Positions 43,389 through 58,929 of a stretch of DNA of 64,000 nt are shown here, one piece after another; the first letter of the stretch is position 1, and every line of letters starts with the position of its first letter. Made by a program: the position numbers and the translations under genes. The notes below the pieces were generated by a model. That model saw only the letters and a list, made by a program, of their open reading frames with translations. It searched no databases and had not been told where the DNA came from. Source of the DNA: the human T2T-CHM13v2.0 reference genome, Homo sapiens. The stretch is from the NCBI RefSeq assembly GCF_009914755.1, contig NC_060939.1. One strand, written 5' to 3'.

Positions 43389-45559
43389 AAGGACACCCGT
43401 TTTTAGAACACCAGTTTTATGACAACAATCTCAAGCTACGTCATCATTTGATGTCTCATGATTAGGCTTTCAGGCTATATAAGAGCCCAGCAAAATATAA
43501 AAGCTGTTTCTCCAAATGAGAATAGATGTCTGCCAAAGAGGGTATCATATATATATTTTTTAGCTGCATCTCTGTGGATCTTCACTGTGATCTCTCTATT
43601 GTAGCTTGTAAGATGCGCCACACAACATGCCTGTTTATCAGATACAAGGAGTACCCAAGCATCTTCTGAGTCACAAGGATGAATGAACAGAATTGCACAC
43701 TGGATGATGAAATGCTACATTTTCCCCTGGGTCTCACTAAGCCCTGGTCACTTTATAGTTAAATTAATAAATGGGTTGTATTAGCACACCCAAATGGGTC
43801 TACATTGCCCCTAAAATCCAAAGAGCCTACCATGCAGTGTGAAGCATAGCAAGTATCTTTCACTTAAAGGGATATTCTATTATATTCCAAATCATTGGAT
43901 GCCCTGAAATTCACCAAGGTGGCAGGACTGTGAATTTTTTGGGTATTTCATTCTTACTCTCTGACATACATGTGTCTTAATACATTGTTTAGGGTACTTG
44001 CTACTTCCTGCTCATGAGGTCCAATCAGCATGTTGCCATCAATGAAGAGGAACAGCATGATGTTTTGTGGGATATGCTTATGATCGAGACCTCTGTGAAC
44101 TAGATTATGTCAAAGATTAAGATATCTGACATAGCCTTGAGACAAGACAGTAAAGGTGTACTGTTGCTCCTAACAAGTGAAAGCAAACTGCTTCTGGTGG
44201 TCCTTACAAATTGGTATAGAGAAAAAAAAGTGTCAGGTGTTGGGAGATGTATTGGCTTACCCTGATAAATAATTAATATCTGGAGCAACTGCTATAATTG
44301 GTTAACCTTATAACATTAATTAAAATCCACCATTATTCTCCAATATCCTTTTGCTCTGGCCCAGTGACAGAGTTAAATAGAGATAGGGATCTCTATTTCC
44401 TGTCTCTATTTAGGAATCTAAATAGAGGTAGGAATCTATCTGTATCTTTCAAATATTTCTTAATGACAGTGATTCCTATAATTCCCTGAGTGGTAATATT
44501 TTTGCTTTACCATCATGAGGAAGAAAATAATTCCAACCTCTCTTGGGTATTTGTACTGTAATAACTTTACTGGTTGTCTGGCCCTTACTTGAGCTGTTGC
44601 TTTACAACACAGGACTTGTTGTTTTTTTTTTCTTGTAAACTCTTCCATGCATTTGAAAGCAGCCAACCCACCATGTAATTCTTGTGGTCATTATTACTAT
44701 AATAGCAGTAAGCACATCAGCTACTTGGTCTTCCAAAGCACTTGCTTCAAAAGGTGCTTCACTCTATGCAAACAAAGATGATAATTTAATTCATCCCACT
44801 GTCACTGCATGACAGGGATCAGCAGTATCCTATTTTTCACTGGCTGTGCTCATGTGCAAAGACATAACCAAATCAATCCTAGAATATCTCCTTTGAGTGT
44901 CTTATTCATGGTACCAAGTACTGTTTTTTCCAGGGTCTTACAGGAAAAGAGAAACCAAACCAAATATTTGAATAGAGCTTATTGAAATTGGCTGTACAGG
45001 TTTTATAGTAGGAGGAGGCAAAAAGAAAAGAAAAAGAGAAGAAAAGAACACCGAAGAAACCAAGATAACAAACGGAGCCATCAATCACTTCTAGGGCTGA
45101 GTGAACAAAGAGAAGTGTTGAACTTCAAGAACAAGGAGCTTGGATGAGGAGCCCCACTGAGCATGACTAGTTGGTGCTGATACCTTGGAGAAGGTTTGAT
45201 AACACTGGTTCTGAGAATGCCTGAAGAAGCTGGAGGCTGGAAATAACTGCTGCCAGGAAGCTCAACTGGTACTACAATGGTAGCTGTCAGAAGTCCCTTC
45301 TGTCATCTCTCTCATTCCAATTTTCCTGTAGTGCCTCATATTGACAGAATCCATCAAAAAGCCAGCTAAGAAAGAAATCTTGGAAAGGCAGTTCACAGCG
45401 TCTCGATGCCAACATTACAGGGCAAAATATAGAAGGAGCTAAGAGATCATACATGAATAATTGGCACATGTGGACATTTCTTATTTTCTCATATTGGTGG
45501 TATGGCTCATTTATGAAGTTAATACTGGACATTGTGGGGAGGCTGTGTAAGAAGTGTTA

Positions 45560-45740
45560 AAGGGGATCAGGGATACATTCACTTCTCTTTTCCTTTGCTA
45601 GTTCTGTGGTCTTAAGCAAAGTAGCCTCAAACATCAGTTTCCTCTTTTATAAAATGAGGAAAATAATACTCATTACCTTGCATGCATGATATAATGATTA
45701 CATAACATACATGTGTGTAAAGTGCTTAGTATCATGATTG
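45560..45740 (+). mobile_element. MIR SINE
   Basis: catcagtttcctcttttataaaatgagg...gtgtaaagtgcttag. Confidence 0.7.
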
Positions 45741-45775
45741 ATACATGGAAAGAATTCTCTTATTTGGGTTATTAA

Positions 45776-46228
<453 letters not shown>

Positions 46229-47049
46229 TAATTTTCAATGCAATGAGATGTCAACTTTAAGCCCAAAGTAGACCAGTAGTAAAACTAAGGCTGAAACCAT
46301 TGATTGATTATTACCATATATTGTCCTAAAATATTCGGCTTTTAAAACATTTGGTTTCATTTTTCATGATAAAAATATGTAGCATTTTTGCACTTTTAAT
46401 TCACTTTGTAGAGTTCTCAATCATTTCTAACACATGCTTGGCAATGACAAGCCATTTGTGAAAGAGTTTTGCTGGCTTTAAAATATATGCAAATGTAATA
46501 TATTACAATCGTTACACAAGAAACTAGCCCAGTAAAGCTGGTGTTTTTTAAATCCCCCTGTGCATAGCAATCCCTCTTATAAAGAGGCCTAAATACACTT
46601 GTGAATTGCCTTCCAAGTATTTGCTTAAACTAACACATAATTGTGAAACTTAATAATTTTCATGTATGAAGGCCCTGTTAGGCATCTGAGATGGAAAACC
46701 TTCACAGGACTCACTCAATTCCAAGCTGACTCTGCCTCATGCTTATCTTCCCCAAAGTTGTGGATCAATAACATTTTCTTCTCTCTCTAGAAGAGCGTCA
46801 AGAAAAGACGGTAGGCCTGAATCTGGAGTTTGGGTTGTGGTTGGCAAGGCAGTGGCTAAATAGTGCTAAGATGCAAAGAGCATTCATTGGTCATCTAACA
46901 TACCCTCTGAACTACACTATCATTTAGCTAAAGAGGAAATTAAGAGTTTATTCTGGAAATCTAGGAGTTGAGCAAGCTAACATATCTGCAGGCAGAAAAA
47001 GCTAGTTCTCAGGTGACATAAATACATTTCTAATGTCTTTAAATTGTGA

Positions 47050-47259
47050 CAAAAATTAGTCAGGCATGGTGGTGCACTCCTGTAGTCCCAGCTACTCTGG
47101 AGGCTGAAGCAGGAGGACACTTGAGTCTGGGAGGCAGAGGTTTCAGTGAACCGAAATTGTGCCACTGCACTCCAGCACTCCAGCCTGGGTGACAGAAGAG
47201 GGAAACTCCATCTGAAAAAATAAAATAAAATAAAATAAAATAAAATAAAATAAAATAAA
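47050..47259 (+). mobile_element. Alu right monomer with (AAAAT)n tail
   Basis: aaaattagtcaggcatggtgg...(taaaa)n. Confidence 0.88.
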
Positions 47260-49522
47260 GAATTCACTTAGACATATTCAGTGATCAGGAAATTAACACT
47301 TTTTGGCAGGTAGTATGAGACAGGTTACCCCAGGTCCTTGGAGGTCTGATTCTCACCTTGCTAAGGAATTCAGGACAGAGAGCTTTACAGATATCTCTGA
47401 GTTTACCCACTTGACTCAAAAAAAATCCAAAATCTTTTTTAATCAACTTTCCTGGGGCAAAGTGGTGGGAGTTTTAAGGCAGTTTGATGTATTATCTTCT
47501 CAACCAAAACCTGTACTGTTTCAAGGTTACAAATTCTGGTCGCATACATTATTATTTACATTTCCATACCCATATTTTGGATGAGTGCTAATATCATTTT
47601 CTCAAATAATCTAATTTTATCCACTATTGCAGAAGAGGAAGGAAGAGGAGAAGGACTGTGTGAAACATGATCTCCTGCTTAATACTATATATTTACATGA
47701 ACTTACATCCATGTATAAAAATCCATGCATGGATTAAGAAGTCATAGCATTTGCACTCCCCAAATCATTACATTGAATAATCCAGAGCTGTATTACATGC
47801 CAAGGAGTTTACCTGTCTTACTTTTTGTTTGTTTGCATGTGTAATCATTTTCTGCATTGAAATGAGCTGATCTCCAATTGGCCCGTGACTCTATTGTCTA
47901 TTAACGTGGTGAAATGTTGTCATTTGTGTTTATCCCTGTAGTCAGCAAACCAGCCTGTCTGCCATCATATAGAAGAGACGTTCTAATGAGTCACCAGTTT
48001 CCTCATCAAAATGGCAGCTTGTGGAGACGTTTCTCAGAGAAGCAACCTCAGCTCATCTCACCTTTCTCTTGATTTTTGACACTTTCAACTACTTTCCCAA
48101 TACTGTTAAAAGGAAACTACATCTATAATTGGAGGAAGAGGTGAAAAGAGATTAAAACAGGAACTGCGTTCAAGAAATGGGGTTTCTGCCTATATAGCAC
48201 TCATTAGTTCCTTTCCTTAGTTCCATTTTTCCGTAACATGGAATAATTTAGAATAAGGAAATCATGCATTAGGAGACAGAAAGGTTATCTCTCAAATCCT
48301 TACAATGCCATTTGCCTTTACCAAATGCAAAGTTTACTGATTTTTGAGCTTCCTGTCTACATTTGGGTACGTTCACATTTCTCCTTTAGCTGTGCCTCCG
48401 TCATTCTTTTAAGACAGCTCCTTTGTGGCCTTCTCTCTTGGAGTTAAGCCTTAATGATTTGTTCCGACTTTTCATCTCTGCCATGAAAAATTCCCACCCT
48501 CAGCCTGCAGCAGGCCTGACTCCTTTCTAGTGTCATCTGTGTACGGGGCAGATTGTAGGCCCTTCTTGTTTTTTATCTGGTAGAATAATTCAGATGTCTT
48601 TAAAGCAAATGCACCAATAAGGCTTGCTTTTGTCAAGAAATAGCCAGAAACCCACAAAGGTCTATTATTCTTTCTTACCTACTTGAAGGGAAAAATCAGT
48701 CTACTATTCCATGAACCCCACCAGACCCACCCCTGCATCAAGGCTTTTTGTGTTTGCTGTCCTCAATACCTGGACTTTTCCTTCCCTTGATAACTAAATT
48801 ACAAGCTAACCAATGCATGCCCCATCCTTCTTATCTTAAAGCAATTTTATCCCTCCGAGAAACTCAAAATTTACTTATTTACTGCATTTATCATCTGTCT
48901 GCCTCCATTGGATTAAAAGTTTAGGTTCCTCCTTGCCGCCATTTTGGTTTTGTTTTCTGCTGTATCCCCAAGTTCCTGGAGCAGTGTCGGACACAACACA
49001 GCATTTTTCCGTAGGGGTGTGAAATGGGGGGAGTAGTTGATCCTTTCCCTTTAGCCTGTATTCCTCTTCAGCTCCATCCTTACCATCTTGTCCTGTCTTC
49101 CTCATAGCTACCTCAGGTAGCTCAGAAAGTATTATACATTCCCAATTTACTCCAGACCCTGTGGAGAGGTGTCGGTAGCTTTCTAGAACTGCCTCTGTTA
49201 ACGATCAATGATGTCTTGCATAAATGTCTGTTGAACGCCTGTTTTACCAAAATGCTGTGGAGCCCTGAGGTGGAAGGGCAGATACACACCCACAAGCATA
49301 AGTCTCTTCTTTCAAGGAATCTAGAAACAGAGAGACAGGCACTGCGAATGGACTAGGGCCCCAACATGGTCATTGTTCCCCCCACCGCCCACATTAAATA
49401 TGGTACATGGAAATGGAACATTCAAGTCAAAAAGCTCTTGAGCACACTCAGCCTAAAGTTCTAATTCATAATTAATCAGAATGCCGATTTATCGTAACAT
49501 TACAGATTAAAAGTATTGTTAA

Positions 49523-49847
<325 letters not shown>

Positions 49848-51965
49848 TATTTTTGCCTTTTATTTTAAAACATTTGTTTCTTGGGTATAGCATTTTCTCA
49901 GGACGTTTCCCAGCTTTCCATTCTCTTCAGACTGTGCATTTTACCCTGTTAGGATTTTCCCTTAAGTCAATTCCTAGGCTTTATGTCACATAATTAGATA
50001 AATCAATTAAAACCACATACTTCTTGTTATTTTGCTAGTTCAACTTATGGTATTGCATGCAAAATATGTTGTTATGAGAAAGTGTTAATAATTTTTCTTG
50101 CATTATATGTGTTTTCTAACGTGCTATATTTTCTAAACGTAGGCATGGACTCATTGTTCTCTATTAAGCATTATAATTATTTCTGTATTAAATTTAATAT
50201 ATTTTTCTTACATTTACTTTTGAGTTGTGTCCATCACATTTACATTTGCAGTTTACATAATTGTAATAGAGTTCAACCAAATAAAGATTTAGATTTGCAT
50301 TACTTTTAGGTATTCTTAGTTTAAAGCATGCATGGTTTTCTAAACTATCTTTTTCCTACCTCAGCTAGTTTCCTGCCTTGACCAAATAGAGTACATTATG
50401 CGGCCAGTCATCAAAATTGAATGACCTTTTCCTTTGGAAAACTGCCTGAGAAAATATGTACACATATATTTCGGGCAAGTTATTAAACCTGACAGTAAAA
50501 ACAAAATATTATTTCTAAACAAATACCTTAGCCTGCTGCCATCTATATGACACTCCAAGACACACCTATTTGTAAGACTCTATTTTCTATGCTTCAAATT
50601 ACTCTGAAATTACAGTCTACACAACTGATTATCAGATAGAAATATTGAAACAGAGATAAAGTATTTTTCATACTCCTCCAAACCTGATGAACCAAGAGAT
50701 TTTTCCTCTGCTCTTAAGTCTATCATTTCTCTCAGATTAAACAGCTAAATTGAGCCACCTGTGAAGAAAACAATGTGATTTATTTCCAGTAAAGGTAATT
50801 CCCATTCTGATAAGCTCAGCCTAAAAGCAGAAGCCTCTTAAGCCACTTTCTTCAGCTAAGCAATTTCTGATTGGCTTTCTATTTTCAGAATTGCACCTCA
50901 CCTCTGAGTCTTGGGGATCACAGTGGATTTTCAGGGTCTATTTGGATGTTGCACATTTTTAGTTGCTGTTAAATTTCAATTAAACGGGCATTGTTCCTTT
51001 CTACTAGAAATTTTCTATCAATGCCATGATAGCTGCCTAGTAGATGGCATCCATGCTCTATCCATGGTGCGCCGTAGAAAAATACAGTAGACTAATAGAC
51101 TCAAAAGCTGAAGAAGTTAAAAATATAGGCTCTCTAAACCATGAAAAACAGGTTAACATTTCTTCTATTTTCAGACACATGCAATTCAGAGGGAGTTTTG
51201 ATAAAGGTTATTTTATAAAATCAAATTATTTGTAAAAGATAATGATTTAGAGATAATTTATTAAACTTATTAAAATTGAGTCATCAAAACCTTTTTGATA
51301 AGCATTTTTAATTTAACTAAAGGCTGTATTTAAATTATTGAAGATCGCTTCTGTGCTTGAATGCACTTTGGCTGATTGTAATTTGGGCTGGTTCTTTCAG
51401 ATGAATCATAATATGCTATTTATTATTTTGTGGTATGTAGAATGGTTTCACAGTATTTAAACTGAAATAGTGGCAATATAGTTTTTTATAATCAACTATG
51501 TGTACGTGTGCACATCTACATATATGCATATGATTAGAATGATAATATTTCTACCATATTCTAGAAAGATGAGAGCATAAAAAAATGTGGTAAGGAATGT
51601 ACTTCACTGAGACAAGTTTTGTGACAATTTGGTTATATTTTACTGGCTAGAATGAATTTTGGTCCCCTGATTTCAACTCTGTTATTATTAATTGTTTTCT
51701 TATTCTATCAATGTTAAATCAAAATTATATTACTTATCCTCAGATTTCAGGATGCATAAAAGTGTATAGTAGGAGGGTTAATGTCTCGTAACCCTCAAAG
51801 TAGCACTGGTAGGTGGGCGTTAAGCATCTTTATTTCACATTATTTAAGGAACTAACACAAAACATTTCTAAAAGTTTCATGAACGTAAATATTCAGTTTA
51901 ATATTTTAAATAAGTGTCCAAAAACAGAAGAATGTTTAATAAATTATGCTTTAATGAGGGACTTA

Positions 51966-52457
<492 letters not shown>

Positions 52458-53439
52458 CTCATGTAATTGTTAATTGTGGTAACCTCTAGACAGTTTCCGA
52501 TTTTTTTTTTAGCTTTACTTGTGTTTTCTAAATTTTCTCCATAATTATCCATCACTTTTATTGTTGAATAAAATCTGTGAAAATATAACTTTTATTGTCT
52601 TTTCTATAAGGAACCACTGAGCTTACAGAGATTTTGTAGTATTCAGATACCTGGGGATGGTGATGAGGGACGGGACTAGAATACTGCAGTACAAGATTAT
52701 TCTTAGATCCCTTATGGCCATATCAACCTATTCCGTGACGTTTTCTAGCTGGCAGTTCATCAGCATATTGATTTTAAAGTTTTATTGACTCTTGCTAGGC
52801 AAGCTGTAAGCTCTTTCTGTAAGCCATCAGTCCCTCTGCTCTTCACTCTTTGGCTTTGATTGAGCTATTGAATGTTCCTTATGTGAGGCCAGGTCACATC
52901 GGTGAGATCTCTAGCCTCTGAAGAATTCAAATGTCCAGCTATCTGCAATGTCTTAAACTTTGCAAATCCCCATACTTTTATGTAGATGTAAATTCTTCAG
53001 GCACTAACTTTTCTGAAATTGAGTCCTGCTCCTCACTCCATAACTTGGCTCATACTCTTCCCATTTGCAAAGCCCTCTCCATCTGTTCACTAAGCAGACA
53101 TTTCTTGGAGCTTCAATCATGAGTCAGGCCCTGGGCTCCCAGCTGAGGTTGCAAAGATGATAAAGCCAGTCTCATGAGGAAAATGACACAATCATGATAC
53201 TGGCTGAATGGAAAAAGTGGAAAAAAAGTATTATGGGAATTAGAAGTGAGGGTAATTAATCTCTCCAAAAATGTTGAACAAGGACCAATATAGTGGTAGG
53301 GAAGATTTATAATTAGCCCTGAAAGATGAATAAGTGGGAAAGAAAGAAAGGCCTCCAATCAGAGGAAACCATGTACAAAGAGCAGGAGGTGAAAGAGGGT
53401 AGGCCATGTAGCATAAAAAGTACAGCACTGGAAATCCCC

Positions 53440-54230
53440 AGAGTATATGGCACCAGTTATTTTGTGAAATATATATTTGGTCTTCATCCCATTTGCTGCC
53501 ATGCAACTCCTAAAATCCTTGGAATCGCCAAAGTACTGTCTTGTTGTATGCTAATATTGACTGAGAGCTTCAGGGCGGGGCTTGTCAAGAGAAAGACAGA
53601 GGCATGGTTGGAGGATTGGAGCTTTCAGCCCAACCTGCCCTCAGTGTCCTTGGTGGGGAGAGGGGCTAAAGGTCAAGTTCATCACTGAGAGCCATTAAAC
53701 CAATGGTTTAAGCAATCATGCTTATGTAATCGGGCCTCCATAAAAACCCAAGAGGACAGGATTCAGAGAACTTCTGGATATCTGAACATGTGGAGGTTCC
53801 TGGATGGTGGCATACCCAAGGAGGACATGGAAGCTCAGGACCTTGCCCTATGCATCTCTTAATCTGTGTCCTTTGTAATATCCTTTGTATTAAACCAGTA
53901 AGCATAAGTAAATGTTTCCCTGAGTTCTGTGAGCTGCTCCAGCAAACTAAGTTAGGGTCATGGGAACCATAACTTTAAGCTGATCAGTCAGAAGTTCTTA
54001 AGGTCTGGACTTGTGACTGGTGTCTGAAGTCGGGGACAGTCTTGGGGACTGAGTCCTCAATGTGTGGGATCTGATGCTATCTCCAGGTGGATAACGTGGG
54101 AAGTGAACTGGAGGATGCCTAGTTCATGTCCCCTGCAGAATTGACTGCTTGCCTGCTGGTGGGAAGAAATCTCCAGATATTTTGGGGTCATGGAAGTCTT
54201 CTGTGTTGACTGTTGTTGTGTTGGTATGAA
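53440..54230 (+). mobile_element. MER21-family LTR
   Basis: atatatttggtcttc...ctcctaaaatccttggaatc...gtgtttccctgagttctgtgag-like motifs. Confidence 0.8.
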
Positions 54231-54394
54231 AGATTTTCCAAGGTCGTGCCTGTGAAGGAGCAGAGCTCAGGGTGAAAAGGTAGGTGAGCACTCAAGCTGG
54301 AGGGCTCTGAATGTCTGCTCAGATCTCGATGTGGCGCATGTATGCGGGAGCTGGGGATTCTGAGAGCATCAATTCAACAGAGGCTGTAAAAGTG

Positions 54395-55212
54395 TCCACA
54401 CACATGAAAAGGTGCTCCCACATCACTGATCATTCAGGAAATGCAAATCAAAATCACAATGAGATATCACCTCACTTCCATTAAGATGGCTACTACTAAA
54501 AAAAATCCCCAAACAAAAAACATACGTGTCAGTGAGGATGTGGAGAAATTGGAACCCTCATGTACTATTGTTGTTAATGTAAAATGATGAAGTTGCTACA
54601 GAAAACAGTATGGCAGTTTCTAAAAAATTACCCATAGATTTAACATATGATCCAGCAATTCCACTTCTGAGTATATACACAAAAGAAATGAAAGCAGTGA
54701 CTTGAGAGATATTTGTACGCCAATATTCAGAGCAGTATTAATCACAGTAGCCAAAATGTGGAAGTCACTCAAGTGTCCATGGATAGGTGAATGAATAGAC
54801 AAAATGTGATATATACATGCAATAGAGTATTATGCAGACTTAAAAAACAAAAAAATCTTGACACATGCTACAACATGGATAGACCTTAAGAATATTATGC
54901 TAAGTGAAATAAGCCAGAAACAAAAAGGTAAATACTGTATGATTACACTTACTTGAGGTACGTAGAATAGTCAAATTCATAGAGACAGAAAGTAGAACGG
55001 TGGTTTCCTGGGGTGGGGGAAGGGAGAAATGAGAAATTAGTGTTTAATGGATGCAGACTTTCAGTTACTCAAGATGAAAAAAGGTTCTGGAGATGAATGG
55101 TAGCGATGGTAGCATGATAATGGAAATGCACTCAACATTACTAAATGGTATGCTTAGAAATGCTTATGATAGTAAATTATATGTTATATGCATTTTACCA
55201 CAGTTTAAAAAA
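54395..55212 (+). mobile_element. L1MB 3' end
   Basis: gaaatgcaaatcaaaatcacaatgagatatcacctcac...attttaccacagtttaaaaaa. Confidence 0.88.
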
Positions 55213-56200
55213 GTATCTTCATGTTTAAGTAAATATGGCTATATTATATAATAAATGCCAACTTAGCTTGAGTTTTTAACGTAAAACTTGAGAATATAAA
55301 GAAATTTTACGAGGCATCACTCCCTGTGTCCGCAAAGCCTGTGGAGTCTCTCATTTAATCCTGTCCAGTATTAGCTTTTATTAGTGGACAGTTTTGAGAA
55401 ACCCTATTAGGGGACTTGGACTTTATCCCATGTCAATTTTGTACCAATGATAGGTTTTAAGTTTTTAGCAGGGAAATGACATTATCAGACTTATGTTTTG
55501 AAATGTGATGGGAGGAGAACTAATGGGAAGAAAATGTTGCTGGAAACCAGGCAGGTATGGAGCAAAGCCCCATAAGTGAAAATGCAGGTAAACCTTGTTT
55601 TATTATGCTTCACAGACATTGCATTTTTATTTTATTACTTTATTTTTTTACAAATTGAAGGTTTGTGGTAACCCTGCTCAAAGCAAGTCTATCAGCACCA
55701 TTTTTCCCACAGCATATGCTCACTTCACGCCTCTGTGACACAAATATTTCAAACTTTATTATTATTATATCTGTTATAGCACTGTGATCAGTGATCTTTG
55801 ATGTGACTTTGTAATTGTTTTGGAGCACCGTAAGCCATGCCCATATAAGACAGCACACTTAATTAATAAACGTGTAGGTTCTTATTGCTACACTGAACAT
55901 TCCCTGTCTCTCTTTTTCTCCTTGGATCTCCCGATATCCTGCAATGCAACATATTGAAGTTAGGCCAATTAATAACCTACAATGGCCCCTAAGCGTTCGG
56001 GTGGAAGGAAGAGTTCAATGTCTCTCACTCTAAGTCAAAATCTAGAAATAATTAAGCTTAGTGAAAAAGATATGTTCAAAGCTGAGATAGCTTGTAAGCG
56101 TGATGGGCTGAAAGCTGGCCTCTTGCATCAAATAGCCAAGTTGTGAATGCAAATAGAAAGTTTTTGAAGGAAATTTAAAGTGCCACTGGTGAACATATGA

Positions 56201-56788
56201 ATGTTAAGAAAACAAGATAGCCTTGTTAATAATGTGAAGAAAGTTATTGTGGTCTGGATAGGAGATCAAACCAGCCACAAAATTCTCTTAAGACAAAGCC
56301 TAATCCAGAGCAGGGCACTAATTGTCATTAATTCTGTGACAGCTGAGAGAGGTGAGGAAACCACAAAGGAAAAGTCTGAAGCTTGGAGGGGTTGGTTAAT
56401 GAGGTTTAAGAAAAGAAGCTGCCTCCATACCATAAAAGTGCAAGGTGAAGCATCAAGTGCTCACATAGAAGCTGCAGCAAGATATTCAGAAGATCTAGCT
56501 GAGATCATGGATGAAGATGGCTTCACTAAACAACAGATTTCCAATATAGACAAAACAGCCTTCTGTTGGAAGAAGACGCCATCTAGGACTTTTATAGTTA
56601 GAGAGGATAAGTCAATGCCTGGCTTTAAAACTTTAAGGGACAGGCTGACTCTCTTGAAAAGGGCTAATGAAGCTGGTGACTTTAAGTTGAAATCAGTGTG
56701 TATTTACCATTCAGAAGATACTGGGGCCCTTAAAAGTTATGCTAAATCTACTTTACTTATGCTTTATAAATGGAACAATAAAGGCTAG
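56201..56788 (+). pseudogene. Tigger1 pogo-like transposase fragment (195 aa open stretch)
   Basis: [51 protein letters not shown]. The first catalytic motif has decayed (DET to DKT) and stops flank the frame. Confidence 0.88.
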
Positions 56789-56899
56789 ATGACAGTATAT
56801 CAGTTTATAGCATGATTTACTGAATATTTTAAGCCCACTGTTGAGACCTACTGCTCAGAAAAAAAAAAAAAAGGTTCTTTCAAAATATTACTGCTCATT

Positions 56900-57137
56900 G
56901 GATGTGAGGGCAATCTGGCTGCAACATCTCTCACCCCATTGATTGCCAAGGTTGATTCTGTGATCTGGCTGGCTAGACGGGTGTTGCCTTCCTCCCTTAC
57001 CACTCTGTGTGTGTCCTTCCTGAAGCTGTACATTCGGATGAAGAGGACGACCATCCCCAATAGAGGAAGACCAGTCTTCAGTCATGGATATAAGATTAGC
57101 TGCACTCCCCTGCTAGAACTTCCAAACAGGTTTTCAA
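56900..57137 (+). pseudogene. RN7SKP181: 3'-truncated 7SK snRNA retropseudogene
   Basis: GGATGTGAGGGCAATCTGGCTGCAACATCT...CCCCTGCTAGAACTTCCAAAC matches 7SK nt 1 to about 237. TSD AAAATATTACT(G/A)CTCATT. The symbol is from recalled locus order and is less certain than the 7SK call. Confidence 0.9.
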
Positions 57138-57633
57138 AATATTACTACTCATTGACAATGCACCTGGTCACCCAAGAGCTCTGATGGAGATGTAGAAGAA
57201 GATTAATGTTGTTGCCATGCCTGCTAACACATCTATTCTGTAGCCCATGGATTAAGCAGTGATAGTGACTTTCAAGTCTCATTATTTAAATACGTACATT
57301 TTGTAAGGCTACTACTATCATAAACAGTGATTCCTCTGATGCATCTGGGCAAAGTAAACTGAAAACCTTCTGGAAAGGATTCACCATTCTATATGCCATT
57401 AGGAGCATTCATGATTCATGGGAAGAGCTGAAAATATCCACATTAACAGGGGTTTGAAAGAAACTTATTCCTACTCTTATGGATGACTTTGAGGGGTTTA
57501 AGTTATCTGTGGAGGAAGTAACTGTAGATGTGGTAGAAATAGTAAAAGAACTAGACTTAGAAGTGGAGGCTGAAGATGGGACTGAATTGTTACAATTGCA
57601 TGATCAAACTTGAGTGCATAAGAAGTTGCTTCT

Positions 57634-57952
<319 letters not shown>

Positions 57953-58436
57953 TTTGCTTCTAATGGATGAGCAAAGAACGTGGTTTCCTGAGATGGAATC
58001 TACTCCTGATGAAGATGCTGTGAGCATTGTTCAAATGACAACCAAGAATTTAGGATATTACATAAACATAATTGATTAAGCAGTGTGTGGTTTGTGAGAA
58101 TTGACTCCAATTTTGAAAGAAGTTCTACTATGAAGTAACAAGCTATCCAACAGCATCATATGCTACAGAGAAATATTTTTATGATGAGGTAAACTTCATT
58201 GTTATCTTTTTTTTTTTAAGATATGGCCACAGCCACTCTAACCTTCATCAATAACAACACTGATCTGTCAGCAGCCACAACCATCAAGGCAAGGTTATTA
58301 CAATTGGGCTATTATAATATTCCAGGTAAGAGATGATGATTTCTGGAAAAAAAGATTATGACTGGGAAAAAGATTACCACCTCCTGAAGCCTCAGATGAT
58401 GATTAGCATTTTTTAAGCAAAAAGGTACTTTTAGTT

Positions 58437-58712
58437 AATTTATTTTTATTTTTAATTTTTTTTGGGGGGGACAGAGTCTCGGTTCAGTGCAGCCTCTGCC
58501 TCCCAGGTTCAAGCAATTCTCCTGCCTCAGCCTCCCCCAAGTAGCTGGGACCACAGGCATGTGCCACCACTTCTGGCTAATTTTTTATTTTTAGTGGAGA
58601 AGGGGTTTCATCATATTGGCCAGGCTGGTCTCAAACTCCTGACCTCAAGTGATCTGCCTGCCTTGGCCTCCCAAAATGCTGGGATTACAGGTGTGAGCCA
58701 CTGTAACCAGCA
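58437..58712 (-). mobile_element. AluS with internal deletion
   Basis: Antisense Alu lacking the ctctgtcgcccaggctggagtgcagt segment. Confidence 0.88.
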
Positions 58713-58929
58713 TTAATTAATTTTTAAATTAATTTAATCTAATGTTCTTCTTTTTAGACACACTGCCATTGCACACGTAAGTATACACTTAAGTATGTAT
58801 ATATTTATAGTATATACAAAACTTTTGTGTGTACTGGGAAACCAAAAAATTTCTGTGACTTGCTGTTCCAATATCTGCTTGATTGTGGTGGCCTGGAACT
58901 GAATCTGCAGTCTCTCTGGTGTCTTGTGT

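Noticed and set aside
56201-56788. Domesticated TIGD-like transposase gene
   Set aside because: It covers only part of the transposase, the catalytic motif has decayed, and the rest of the frame is broken by stops, 7SK and Alu inserts.
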